A stretch of 64,000 bases of DNA, taken from positions 434,001-498,000 of the forward strand of contig NIVC01000020.1 of the NCBI GenBank assembly GCA_002269645.1. Reading direction: 5' to 3'. Source of the DNA: Macrostomum lignano (Eukaryota). The notes beneath the pieces are model-generated. The model ran no database searches. It was not told where the DNA came from and saw only the letters and a program-made list of their open reading frames with translations. The translations under genes were made by a program, and so were the position numbers. Positions 19,346 to 33,040 of the stretch are shown here, piece by piece; the stretch's first letter is position 1, and each line of letters begins with the position of its first letter.

Positions 19346-22300
19346 TTCTTTATTGCAATTATTATTAACAGCAATGACGTTACTAGTGAATCAGCTCTTG
19401 CTTTTGAATATTTTTGCAAAAATCATTTATTTAGGACTAAACTGCCATTATTTTTTGTTATACCGAAAGGCAGTGTTCTTTGCTATAAATCCGAGCATTT
19501 TAAACCCTTGATGGGTCGTTCTCAAATTCTGGGAGGAGCGAAAATTTTAACAATTTTCGGAACATTTACTATTGTTACTGCCGTATTGAAAATAATAGGA
19601 CACTTTCATCTGTGAATAAAGATAATTTTTGGGTTGAAATTTATGTTGCAAAAGTGTTTTAAGTTGTCTTGCGGTATTAGGCGATATTAGGTGATGAAAA
19701 AATTCAAATTCAATCACTTCACCGATGTCCTAATTTTTGACACTATGATGTCTGTAGCTAAAAAAAGTTGTTGTTGTGTTGAAAACTTGCTATATTACAT
19801 TTAAAATGAAAGCTTATATAAATTTAATTTAAGATTTTTTTAAAGCTTAATAAACTGTACTATAAATGATTTTATAGACGCTTAACTGTACGCCTAGCAT
19901 TTCCGGTGGGATAGCCTCTTTGCGTCTCACAAATTGTATTTTTCAGCTGACGTCTAGAATGTGCGCTTAAAATGATACTTTTTGATGCAGATAATTAGAA
20001 AAACATGTCTTATTATCTTTTTGTAAAAAATTGTTATGAAATAGAGCACTATTGTTGATAAAAATAATTAAAAGCAACCATGCATCGCAATAAACTCCTA
20101 CTTTGAAGCACAAAATAAATATCCTGTAACCACACTAGCATTCTCCATGGAGCACCTTTTGAGCTGAAATTTTACACAGATATCCAGTAAAGTAAACTGA
20201 GCAAATGATTTTTTTTGTTTTTGAAAATACTTCAATTTGGCTATGTATCAGTTAGTTCATTGGACATATTTATTATATTTTTATTAGAATCCTTGTAACC
20301 AAGCTACAGAGAAACATGTGCAAAACTGGACCTTGAAATTTGACCTGAATGATCAGCAAATGTGTATCTCGAAATGATTTTTTTTGTTTTCATCAAGTCA
20401 TTCTATGCTAATTTTTTCTGAAGGGAAAGATACCATGTATTTAGAGTCAATAGGGGAAGCATTTAGACTTATTCAATAGTCATTAAAATTGCAACTATAT
20501 TATTATAATATAGTAATAATATTATACATGTATTATATAGTAATATTAACTTCTAAGATGCCCTTATAAATTTAAGTAAAGACAACAGGCCTTAATTAAT
20601 TAATCAGCATTTTGAAGAAACTGACCTTATACAGATGGGCCCCAAGCTAAGAAATGAATGTAGAGCTTATTTCGTGTAAGGTATAAAAATCAATTTATTA
20701 TAATATTAAATACTCCTAATAAATTGGTTAAATTAGTTATTTACCTTGAATTAATTTAATTTTGTTTTTTTGGTCTTTAAATCCTTTATTTTATTTTTAT
20801 TGTTTTTTTCTATTTTTTTTTCTGTTTTTAATAATTAAATATATAAATTTGTTTCACTTCTTACTGCATTTAAATAGAGTACCTTTCTACTATACTATAG
20901 AAGTATAGTAAAAGTATATGATAAAAAAGTATAGTAAAAAATTTTCTTTGGTTTAATCCCAGCTTGCCTCAGTTTTTTAGTCTTAATACGAGCTAGATAG
21001 TAAGTGTTGATTAATTTGCTCCACCACCTTTTGCCACGGAAACAGCACATGTCGGACATGCAACACTCTTCCTGATCCCTGGATTCAAGATGACTGCTTC
21101 TGCTTCTTCAATGCTTGAAAACTGAGCTCATGGAGCTTTAGGTTATGCTGTCAGAGTGCTGCTGCCGGTGCTGTGTGTGTGTATGTGTGTGTCTTCTGCG
21201 GGTAGGTTCCCTGTCCCTCAGTTTAGCCACTGTTGTGGGCTAACTGGAGGAATTGCCGTTGTCGGTGCTGCAGGTGGCACTGCATGGTAGTATTGACGCT
21301 GTCAGTGACGCTGGCAAAGGCTAGGTGCCGTCATTGTCAGGAGGACATGCGTGTGCTGCTTAGAACAATTTCTCACATTCGACTGGACTCGTATCTGGTG
21401 CAGTCTGGTGTATTCACTGAGATTGTGTGGATCTGCCTCCTCGCATCACCTCAACCAGGCTCAATTTCTTTTGTAGAATTTTCGTGCGCTGCTTAACTGC
21501 ATCTTGTGCCTGCTGAGTGATGCCAAGAATTGTGCCACACAATAATTTGGCCCATAAACTACTCGTATATTATACATATGTATGCACAGCACACACACGC
21601 AGTTCATTCACATTAAACGTACTAGTTAATGGAATTCTCATCTCATGAGCTCTAGTCTATGGACAAACCTGAAATTACTAGAATATCTAGACAGATCTAA
21701 ACTTCTTTGAGCAGCGCGCTGCGCTGCGAGCAAATACATGTAGATTCCTTAGCGCAACTAATTAATAGTGTAGTACAGTCTACAGCCTGAAGTAGCCTGT
21801 GTAAGATGCGGAGGGATGATTTTTGCATAGGAAGCCACTACGGTAAGGTTGATGGAACTATGGGGAGGTGAGAGATTCAAAGCGAGGGACGGAAGCCATG
21901 CATAGTTCGATCATAAGTTTGATTATTGCATGAGTCTGGGGATGCATTAACGAGAGGCAGACGAGAGCATAGAAATAAAGCGGGCTAAATATATTAACAC
22001 ACAAAATTACATGTACTAGCTAGTAATTTCAGAATGGTCAGCGACTCCTCCGATTTGTATCCGCGACCGCGTGCCCACAAATCCCCCGGCAGACCCTGTC
22101 GCAGTTGGTGGTTGTGCACAGAATACAATGTTAATTTTCGAGCTTCTCTGCAAAAAAATGTGTGATGCACTCAAGATGCGTGCTATAGTCTACTTCTTTG
22201 ATTGATGGCTGGGTTTTGCCTTTTCGCTTGTGATCATCAAAAGCTTGGGCGTCATTGCTACTGGTGTTTCAGTGTGCGCATTATGTCTGGTTATCATATT

Positions 22301-24226
22301 ATGTGCATGTGCAGTGTCTTTTACCTACATTTTTGTTTGTCTCTGTTTCCTGCATGCTCTTTCGCATTTTTACACCTCGCACATCCTCATTTTTCTCAAT
22401 TAACAAGTGAAATCTTTTCTTAAAGACTAATTGCTATTTTAGTTAAGCTAGTAGGTTTTTGGTAATTAAATAATTCAATTTTGTCTATTTTCCAAAAAGT
22501 TTCAAAAAATGAATGAATTAAAATAAATTTGAATTATTTTAAGTTAATTGGAGTAAAATGTCTAATAAGTAACTATGATTTTTTATTTTAAGTACATGTA
22601 GCTTTGGTATAAGTATTAATGTAATGAGTACTTAAAGTAAAATCAAGCAAGTTATAGTTTTCAGAAATTATGCTACAAATAATCAAATATATACTAGTAT
22701 CTGAATTCCTTTATTAAGGAACATGCAGTCGATATTAAATCCACAATGTGCTTTTTGGTGTTCAAGGATGGTTCCCTGACTTTTTCTATTATTAGTTAGA
22801 TTTTATTATATTTAATGTAAAAATGAACAATTCTATTCAAGGTAAAAATGAAAATTCTTTATTTGTCGAATCATCTTGCCTTTGAAAAGATACATAGTGA
22901 AAACTTGATTTTTAATTCAACCTTTCAAGACTTATTTAGACTTCTCAATTCAGTGATTAGTTAAACTGATCGAAGTTCTTTCGAGTGCATGCTATAATAA
23001 TTTCGCACTTTTTCGCACACGATAATTTTAAATGTCTGGGATTTAGAGCAGAGTAACAAAATGCTGTGCTCAAAAACATTTCCTTTGTCAATTTCTTGTT
23101 CTTTTATTTTTGCAAAAGAAATTTAACTGCATATTTAAAATAAAAATGGAAGAAAATTTTATTTTCTCTTTAATATTTTTGTCGTTTATTTTCCGCAACA
23201 AAGAATAACAAATAGCCTTGATTTCTTCTCAATTTCAAGTTTTCTTGTGGTTTTAGTAGCAGCTTCTTACAGAAATTGTCAAAAGAATTTTTTTTGTACG
23301 ATTATTGGTCGATGTATAAACTTTTTTTGCAATAACAAAAAGTTGTGACCTAGCTTTGAGAACGACCCTGATGTAGTATCCGAATAATAGTATATAGGAT
23401 TAGAGCATTAATGTTGTAATATTATAAATAGAGCTCTTTTCTAACTGAATTCCGATAAGAAATTTTCACAACACATCGAATCGAAACATTTAATTTGTAG
23501 CTTTATCCACTATGACAGCGCAGCACATACATGCAGCAAGTATTGATGCTTAGTTGGAAATTTTCAATTACTAAATTGTGTGATGACAACAAAAGCAACA
23601 CGATGCTTTGGTGCTTAGTTCCCAGAGACCACTACAGAATACCGCTGGTTACTTTCCAAACCATGCACAAATCCAAGTAAGTTTTTGCAAAAGAGCTAAT
23701 TGCTGTGTGAAAGAATGCCTGCACCATCCTGGGTAGTATTTCTCTGTACTAAAAACTGTACTAAAGAAACAGAAAGCTGTGAACATGCAGACAAGGACAA
23801 TTTAAGTAGAAGGACGCAACACTCGAAATGATCTATGGTAAAAGTTTTGAAGGCAACTTTTCACCGAAAAATGAACTACAGAGATAGGAGGTTTTTTTCG
23901 GCACAAAAATTGTTATTGCTTTCGATAGGAGAAAGACCCAATGTTCATCTTTTGATACGTTGTGCCTTTCTTATAGCTCTATTGATATTCAAAAAGCATG
24001 CATTTTGTTCAGAAAATTATTATTATATGTTACATTTTGATTCTACGTACATTTGCATGTCTCCTGTGCCTAAAAAACCATTAAAACTCATTGGTTCAGC
24101 TCATTGGTTTTATGATTCCATTTTGTCATTCTTAGCTGACTGTGTAACAAATATTTGTAACAGAGATGATAAAATAGATTCATAAAACCAAAGATTGGAG
24201 CTGTGCCATGCATTTTTATGATTTTT

Positions 24227-27200
24227 AGGTACAGAAAATCCTGGTTGCAGTCCCGCATCCAGAAGGTCAGCCAGCGTACGCCATCACGCAAGGGACCCAA
24301 GCATGCGGCACTGCAGAGATCCGGCGCAGAGATACGGTGCGTCAACTGCGGGAGGGCCGGGCACGCCGCCCGAGCCTTGGAGTGTCCAGCGAAGGACAAG
24401 ACCTGCTTGCACTGCCACAGGATCGGATACCTTAAAGCTTGCTGCCGACAGCAACGCCAGGTTCGCACCGTAAAGGACGAAGACGACGAGCCATTCGAAG
24501 TGTCTGCAGTAGAATATGAATATGAAGAGTCGCTCCTTAACTTCGCGACGTGCAGCATTGCTGACATTGACGTCAGGCTCCTATTGGACACGGGCTCAAG
24601 AGTCAACATCATCAACGAGAAGACCGTGAAATGCCTGCCGAAGCAACCCGTCATCACGCCGACTCCGAAGCAGCTAGCTGTTCTCATACACAGGCTCTGC
24701 AATTGACGTGCTCGGGACCGCAGAGCTGTGCGTTGTGCACCGCGGCAAGTCCGCCGTCTGCCGCTTCTTCATCGCTCGACGAGGTGCCAACATCCTCGGT
24801 CTGGACGGCATGGACAAGCTGGGATTCTCAATCCGAGTCAACGCAATCAGCAGCATCGATGATATCGCTGGAGAGTTCCCGGTAATCTTCGACGGCATCG
24901 GTATGGCCAAGAAGGTTTGCCATCGACCACAGCTGCGCCAGGATGCAACACCGACAGTTGAGTCGCTGCGCCGGGTGCCGCTGGCACTTCAGGACCGCGT
25001 GAAGGACGAGCTAAGCAAGATGGAGGCTGCAGGTGTCATCGAGAAGATTGATGCCTCTCCCTGGGTGTCCAATCTAGTCGTATCCAAGAAGAAGAATGGC
25101 GACCTGCGACTGTGCGTTGACCTGCGCAACTGCAACCAAGCAATCAACCCGGATAAGTTTCCCATGCCGACCCAGGAGGAGCTGGCCGCAGAGTTTGCAG
25201 GCGCGCAGATCTTCAGCAAGCTGGACCTGAAGCAAAGCTACCTACAGATCCCACTGCACCCCGGCAGTAGGCAGCTGACCGCGTTCATCACTCACTGCGG
25301 GCTCTACCAGTTCACGAGGGTTCCATTTCTGGACCATTCTGGACCATTCTGGACCATTCTGGCCGACATCAAGGGTATCCGGCACTCAGAGGACGACATC
25401 GTCATTCACGGCGTCAACTCGGACGAGCACGACAAGCGGCTTTAGGCAGTACTCGAACGTCTCAGCGAAAACGGGGTGACGCTGAACAAGGAGAAATGCC
25501 AGATCGGCGTCCCGGAGATCGTGTTCTTGGGCTGCAGGATCTCAGCCGATGGAGTTCGACCGTCTAAGTCTAACATCGAAGACGTGCTCCGCATCCCGGC
25601 ACCGACTACAGCACGGGGAGTCTCGTCATTCCTGGCAACCGTCAACTACTTCGCCAAGTTCATATCCGACTTCGCTAAGACAGCGAGACCACTGCGATAG
25701 CTGCTCAAGAAGGACACCGTCTTCCACTGGACGAGCGAGTGCGACGCTGCTTTCGCTGAGCTTAAGCAACAGCTGACGAGTCCGCCAGTGCTAATCCACT
25801 TCGACTGCAACGCTGACACCATCGTCGAGTGCGACGTGTCTGACTTCGCGCTTGGCGCGGTGCTGCTTCAACGCGTAGGCGAGTCAGAGAAGCCGGTGGC
25901 CTACGCCACGCGAGCACTGACGCCAACGGAGTCCAGATACTCAGCTAGCGAGAAAGAGGCTCTGGCGTGCATCTGGGCTCTCGAGCGCTGGCACATCTAT
26001 ACCTACGGCAGACGGCTGACTTTGCGCACTGACCATTTGGCTCTCAAGACACTGCTGTGTACCCACCCAAGGCGCCGGGCACAAGCTGCTGCGCATCCAC
26101 CGATGGAACGACCAGCTCCTGCAGTACAACTTCAGCGTCGAGTATAAGCCTGGAAAGGACAACGTTGTGCCAGCCTTCTTGTCCCGTTTCGAACGACCAC
26201 CTGAGTCGACAGACAGCGGCGATGACGACGACGAGATGGCCGATATCCACCAGGTGCTAGACAGAATTCTATCAGCCGAGCTGCTGAACAAGCACTCGCA
26301 GGCCGATCCGCTCATTCGCAGTGTCTCCGCAAAGCTTCAAGCCAACTGGAAGGGGCCGCCAGCAGATGAGGAGAAAATCTTCTTCAAGCTCCGAGACGAG
26401 ATGTCAACGGTCGGAAGCTTCCTGGTTCGCGGAAACCGCGCGGTTGTGCCCGAGAGTCTGCGCGCCACTGCACTAGCGCTGATCCACCAGGGACATTGCG
26501 GCATCATCATGATGAAGCACCGAGCTCGCGATGCGGTCTGGTGGCCGGGAATCGACGCCCAACTGGAGCATCTGGCCAAGTCCTGCGTCAGCTGCTGCCT
26601 GGCGGAGAAGTGGAAGTGACCCGCTGCTCCATCGCAGACGACCGAGTAACCCAAAGAGCCATGCACACGATTTAGCTGGACTTTTTCGGCGAGATCCACG
26701 AAGCGCCGGCCAGCAGCCGATTTGCAATCGTTGCCATTGACCTGTACTTCAAGTGGCCAGAGATTCGGACTACGGCTTCAGTGACGGCCGAGGTCATCGC
26801 CGACTTTCTCAAGGACCTGTTCGCTCGATGGGGACTGCCAGGCAAGATCGTGACCGACAACGGGCGGCAGTTAACCAGCCACGCCTTCGATGAGTTTCTA
26901 GTCAGCCACGGTGTGCAGCGCGCGAGGACCTTGCTGTACCATCCACGGTCAAACTCGAACGTCGAGCGCCTCAACCGCACCCTGAAGGAGTCGCTGAAGC
27001 CTGAAGGCGCACCTTAAGGACGGCATCAGCTTCAAGGAGGCAATCTGCGAGTTCCTGCAATGCTACCGGTCGACAGCGAATGCAACCACGGGCCTGACGC
27101 CGGCTGAGCTGATGGTCGGTCGGCCGTTTCGAGGACCTCTGAGCCAGTGGAGCCGAGGCATCCGCCCCCTGAGTCAAACGGTGCCATCGGGGACCGAGCG

Positions 27201-27870
27201 TCGAGTCCAGGCCAACAAGGAGAAGGCCAGGCTGGCCACCGACCGGCGCCGAGCAGCCCGACCTTCGCGACTGTGGGTTGGCGACTCCGTGCGCGTCCGC
27301 AGGCCATAGACGGCTCACAAGCTAGCGACAAGGCTCGGCGAGACTCGAAGGATCACCCGGCGGCTGGGCCGAGTCCTGGCTGCTAAACGACGGCACGCGA
27401 TGGCACTCTGACAACCTGGTTCGTGTTCCGAGTACAGCGTCAGTGGACAGCGACACGACCGATGCCGGACTCGGTGCTCTGATAGCGCCAACACCAGCGC
27501 CAGCGCTAGCGCCGCCGGCAAGGGCGCCTGCCAACGAGACGCCGCCGACTCCGCCGAGACGAAGCGGCCGAACAAGAAGAGCTCCCATCCGGTTCAGCCG
27601 GAGTTGATCCGCGAACTGAATGATTTTTTACTGTGCGCACTCTATGGACTGTTGTGTTCCCCATGTGTTGCTTCTCGTTGCTTTTCGAGGGGGGGGGATT
27701 TAAAAAAGAAAAATCAAAGCATTGACGAAGGTAGTTCGTCGGGGGTGATGTTGTGCATGCGACTTGTACGCCGTTTAGTGTTCTTGCTTTCTGATTGGCT
27801 GGGGGGTTTGTCTGTCTGCCCAAAACGGCCTAGGGGTTGATGTTTGCTGAGTCATGCTGGTTAGTAGTTT
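24227..27870 (+). mobile_element. Degenerate, 5'-truncated Ty3/gypsy (Mag-like) retrotransposon
   Basis: Gag knuckles CVNCGRAGH..C and CLHCHRIGY..C; PR LLDTGS; RT SPWVSNLVV and FSKLDLKQSYLQIPL; RH VECDVSDFALGAVL; IN GHCG...CVSC, DNGRQL and VERLNRTLKE. In-frame stops and frameshifts. A probable PPT/LTR start GGGGGTGA|TGTTGTG at 27749; no 5' LTR in the window. Confidence 0.9.
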
Positions 27871-28251
27871 AACTATAATATAAGTGCGCCCAGGCCTTTC
27901 AAGCCTTTGTGACTTTTTCTACCCTGCAATCGCTTCTCGCATCTTATTCATTTGGCCACGCTGCCTCAAAGTACAATAGGTCTGCCTCCTATCAAAAGCA
28001 ATAACAATTTTTGTGTTGAAAAATTAAAACTTCCCATCTCCGTAGTGTATAGTTCGGCGAAAAGTTGTCTTCAAAACATTTACCATAGATTTCGAGCGTA
28101 GCGTCCTATATATATGTTACTTGAGTATTCCTTGCATGCAGATATTTATAGATACATGTACATGCATGACAACATTAAGTGATGCAGCAGGGGTCCGAGC
28201 CACATTAAATTTTATTTCTGTTTTTGGTCCCAATCCGGAAATCCAAAAGTC

Positions 28252-28978
28252 CCTCCTCCTATGACTAATCGGATGACTCAGGCCTACTAACACTCCACTC
28301 CTCCTCCTATGACTAATCGAATGACTCAGGCCTACTAACACCCCACTCCTCCTCCTATGACTAATCGAATGACTCAGGCCTACTAACACTCCACTCCTCC
28401 TCCTATGACTAATCGGATGACTCAGGCCTACTAACACCCCACTCCTCCTCCTATGACTAATCGGATGACTCAGGCCTACTAACACCCCACTCCTCCTCCT
28501 ATGACTAATCGGATGACTCAGGCCTACTAACACCCCACTCCTCCTCCTATGACTAATCGGATGACTCAGGCCTACTAACACCCCACTCCTCCTCCTATGA
28601 CTAATCGGATGACTCAGGCCTACTAACACCCCACTCCTCCTCCTATGACTAATCGGATGACTCAGGCCTACTAACACTCCACTCCTCCTCCTATGACTAA
28701 TCGGATGACTCAGGCCTACTAACACCCCACTCCTCCTCCTATGACTAATCGGATGACTCAGGCCTACTAACACCCCACTCCTCCTCCTATGACTAATCGG
28801 ATGACTCAGGCCTACTAACACCCCACTCCTCCTCCTATGACTAATCGGATGACTCAGGCCTACTAACACCCCACTCCTCCTCCTATGACTAATCGGATGA
28901 CTCAGGCCTACTAACACCCCACTCCTCCTCCTATGACTAATCGGATGACTCAGGCCTACTAACACCCCACTCCTCCTC
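28252..28978. repeat. 48-bp minisatellite, ~15 copies
   Basis: Unit ctcctcctcctatgactaatcggatgactcaggcctactaacacccca. Confidence 0.95.
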
Positions 28979-31859
28979 AGTGCTATTTTTTGTCATTCAA
29001 GACGGTACGGCGAAATTTTTTATTTCTAAAACTTTCTGCAACTAATTTATTCTGTCATGCGATTCTTGCGCAACCCTGAAAATATGTACTTATATAACAA
29101 CTACTTGTCCAATACAATTGTCACAGCGATTGAAAAAGAGTGCATTAGAGACTGGTTGCTCTTGGATCAGTCAGTCAAGCAGTGACTTCAACCTTAGCAG
29201 AGAGGACGGCATGACTGCAATAATCATAACAGCTGCGAGCCGAGGTTGTGAAGCCATTGTGAGAGAGCTGCTGACGCGGTGAGAGGGCGCACTGCATCAG
29301 CGCTTGCAACAGAAACTGCGCTCATCGTCTCGGCTAGGCCGGGCTACAGCAAGGATGAGGAGCGATGCTGGAGCAGACAGACTACATGCCCATGAGTATA
29401 CAGGGCTTTCCGCCGCTCTCATTTCCTCGGCTGTGAGGGGCACTTTAAAATCATGTAGAATTTGTGTGCAGCAGGTGATTTAAGAAAATATGGATAGATG
29501 AAAAGCAGCAGCACAATTAAACACTGCCGCTCTGCAGACACAACAGAATTGCAAGTTGATGGCAGTTTTTACCGAGTGCCGCAGATGGACGGGGCAGCAG
29601 CTTGCGCTGACTGAACGGAAGTTTGGCCTCGAGCTCAGACGTTGACATGAGCCTGCTAAGAAACAATGCTGTCCATATTATGGGTTCATGCCAGGCAGAG
29701 AGGCAGCTGAGCAGCAGGCACAGGCGATGGAGCTCGCCAGCCGGCCCCAATCTGCAATCGATGCTGTTGGACGGGTCGCGCTGAATGCGGCATTTCCGGA
29801 GGCAAATCCCGCTAGAAATGTTGCAAGATCGGCCACTGGGATGCGTTTGTATGACGTACCTATTCAAAAAGGGCTCGAATAATAATGGCCAAGATCTCAG
29901 AAGCCACATGGAAGATTCTCATGAGATTTTCCACGAACTCACGATTGGAGACAAGTATCCAAATATATTCCCCATTTATACCAGTGCTAAGGCCCCATAA
30001 ATGCTTAAGTGACCAGCCTAAACGTGACACAAAGCATTTTTTCCATAGGCACTTGTTTAAAGGGGGAATACGAGCTATCTGATGTATCCATCAAGAATTC
30101 TATTTATTTGCACGCAGATAAATGAAATAAACAATTAAACCATAGTATACTGTAAATGCAACTGGGGGATACGTGGTCCGATTTCGACCCATCCGACTGA
30201 AACGGAGAGTGACGAATATCTTCACCATCTTGACCGTGAATGCAATAGCCAGAGCAATTGCAGCAGCAGCTACAGCCATTCCGCTGACGGGCGACCTCAA
30301 TCTGCCGCATTTCTGACCTCCAACAAAATAAATTTGCTGGACGTAAAAAATTGAAGGTTTTTCACACAACTTTTCAATGAAATGACCAAAATAAACGCCA
30401 CCAAATTCATTGGAAAGAAGAGATGTGCCGCTTTAAAATGACACCAAATTTGTTCTTTAGATGCTACTGTTTTCGCTCTGGGATTAAAAGCGTCAGAACT
30501 TTCCGGACACCCCTCGTAAGTTGCAAAATGGGCTAGTTTTTTTATTATTAGTAACTTATTTAGTATTTATTTACTTTGATAGCATACATGAAGATACAAT
30601 CAAACAATCTAGCTCGTTTATCTCGTTTATCGTGGATAAAGCGTGGATACCGTAATGCTCGTAATTACTATGAGGGCTGTGAGCACCCCCCGGCTCAACG
30701 CTTTCGGCTGCATGTAACCAACTAGCTAACTTTTGAAATGGGTATCAGCGCACAGGCACAGAATAAATTGCAAGAAACAACAATGTGAAAAATATAAAAA
30801 CGAATAAATATTACTATATTTAAATTTGTTATTAAGTTGATTAATTTTCTTATTAGGAATGGACACACTATTTAATCTATAAAAAGACAAAAAAAACAAA
30901 ATAAGCTCGAATAAGGACCAATGTACGACTACAAATTATTACACACAAATTTTTATAAATCGCAGGTAAGAGTGAGGGAAATGGCAAATACGAGAGTTGT
31001 TTCAAAAGTTCGCAGAAAGCGTCCCCTCCCAAAAGACAGCACAGCACACGTGTGCAGCACATTGAGGCTTCTGGCATCAAGTCGGTGGGTGCTCTTCCAT
31101 ATTCACCTGGTACTGTGCAATTTCCGGCAAAATCAATAAATGAGCAGCTGAATTTGTTAAGAAAGCTAATTTTACCAGGTGCTTCAATAGCTGCGTGCAG
31201 CGCATCAGGAAGTGCATCATCGTATTCGATGGGGATTACATTGAGAGACTGGATTGAAGTGCTGATGTCTGAGGCACTGCTCACTTATTAATATCTGCTT
31301 ACTTTCTACCACTTTCTAAAAACGTTAAAAAACCCTCGGAATGCATTTGTAATTAATCATCTTGGCTCGCAAAAATCAATATATTTGGAATGTATTAATA
31401 TCTAAAGACAGAAAACACTATCACGAAGCCAAATACGAATCAGCAGTTTATTAAGTTCATTTAAAGTTCAAAGGGGGGCTGCAACAGGAAAGTGTGGGAA
31501 CTGTACGTGTGTGATCGGAGTAAGAGGAGAATACAAAGCAGTGGTCTCCCTATCTAGCTAGTTTGTGAGTCATGGCGCTGAAGCAGCTGCACGAGCCAAA
31601 AGCAATTTTTCCAGCATGTGCTGTGGAGCTATGGAAAATCAATAATTGAATGGCAGCTGGGTTATGATTTTTTCTAGCAGACATACGAGAGTGTTATAGC
31701 AAAAATAACGAGAATTTTGTTTTAAATTTTGACTGAATATACGTTTGAAGTCGACATTTAGGAACAAAAAATGTTACACATAGGCCTAGACAACAAAATT
31801 AATTCTGAGCTTTATCAATGCAACTGTGTTATCTTAATATGAAAGGTCCAGGACTCCAC

Positions 31860-33040
31860 CTTCAGATTAAAAACCACGATTTTTGTCTAAACTTCTACGA
31901 GTAAAAAGTTAAAAACTTGAAGAATTCTAAAAATGTCTACTGCTTACTCCGCTAGGAACACTTAACCTCTTCTGATAAGAGCTCCTCTTTCTGCTTTCTA
32001 CGAGCAATGGGCGAAATTTCCTGGAAATATTTTTTCAGTTTGAGCTGACAGACAGTTAGCTAAAATTTCTGTCGATTGAGACTATGGAACGTCCAAAAAG
32101 TCGTTCTGAGGTTTGGATCTAAGGAGGGCAACAGCATTTTATCGCCGGTCTGGTTCGACTAGGAAAGAAGCCGTGAGACATTGCTCGGGACCTGAATCAG
32201 GCATTTAAAGAACAGGCGCTATCGCAAGCGCGGGTTCATGCTCACTGCAAGGCATATTGCGAGGTCATGTCGCCCTCGCACGTCAGCAGACGACAACAGC
32301 AAACGTTGTCTGTGACTGTCTCTGCGCCAATCTTTCTGCCACAGTGCGTGAAGTTGAGGAGGTCTGCGGCATTTTCATTGCTCCTGCGAGTCGCATCCTC
32401 AAGGTGATAAACTGGTCAAGAGTCTAACGACGACTTAAACGACTTCTAATCAGCATGGATGACACCACTGACAATGTTTAACCAATGACTAAGCAGCAGT
32501 CATGCAGTACAGCGGAGGCCTGGGGCCGTCAGCCACACACAAAGCCAATGAAGGCGGCGTGGATATGCAACAACAGGTACACTGTGTGGTTTGACGCCTT
32601 CGGGGTTCTGATGGCCGACTATCTACCTGCCAGAAAAGGCCACCATCAATGCCGCCTACGTGCAAGATCGAGTTGTTCGTCCGCGCGAGGTTGTCCTCAA
32701 GAAGCGCTGCATCATACGGCCAAGCCTTTTTTTTGTGGGACAACTCTCGCCCTCACGCTGCCTCGGCCACCACAAGAAAAGTGCAAGGGCTCGGCTTTCG
32801 GCAGCTTAGTCACCCACCTCATTTACCAGACCTCGCCATCACTGATTTTAATTCGTTTGGAGCGATGAAGAAGCCTGCGAGGTCGCGTCTTTACCATTGT
32901 GAAGAAGTCATTGCGGCAGCCAACGAATCTCTCGATGCGCTATAAAATCGATGAAGAAATAGGCGCTGATTTTGACATGACGAACGCGTCTAGCTTGGTT
33001 ACTTTCGCCAAAGACAAAATCGTAATTTTAATCTCATAAG
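31860..33040 (+). mobile_element. Degenerate mariner transposon (paralog of 2553-3776)
   Basis: TVWFDAFGVLMADYL, WDNSRPH and HPPHLPDLAITDF motifs; inverted repeats at 31860-31888 and 33013-33040. Confidence 0.85.

Larger units (their letters stand above)
17304..19600. repeat. Segmental duplication unit, part Y (paralog of ~33430-35730)
   Basis: Colinear with 33430 onward, including the IFI27-like gene and its upstream motif block; continuous with part X once the gypsy is removed. Confidence 0.85.

Noticed and set aside
19860-20400. Possible MITE / non-autonomous DNA transposon with recurring internal motifs
   Set aside because: I could not define termini or a TSD.
21000-21540. GC-richer island with a minus-strand CPTCAVSVAKGGG, reminiscent of an IBR/RING2 motif
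   Set aside because: Multiple stops, no convincing splice sites and only a short motif resemblance.
30496-30518. Mariner-like TIR (reverse complement TACGAGGGGTGTCCGGAAAGTTC)
   Set aside because: No partner TIR or transposase found in the window.
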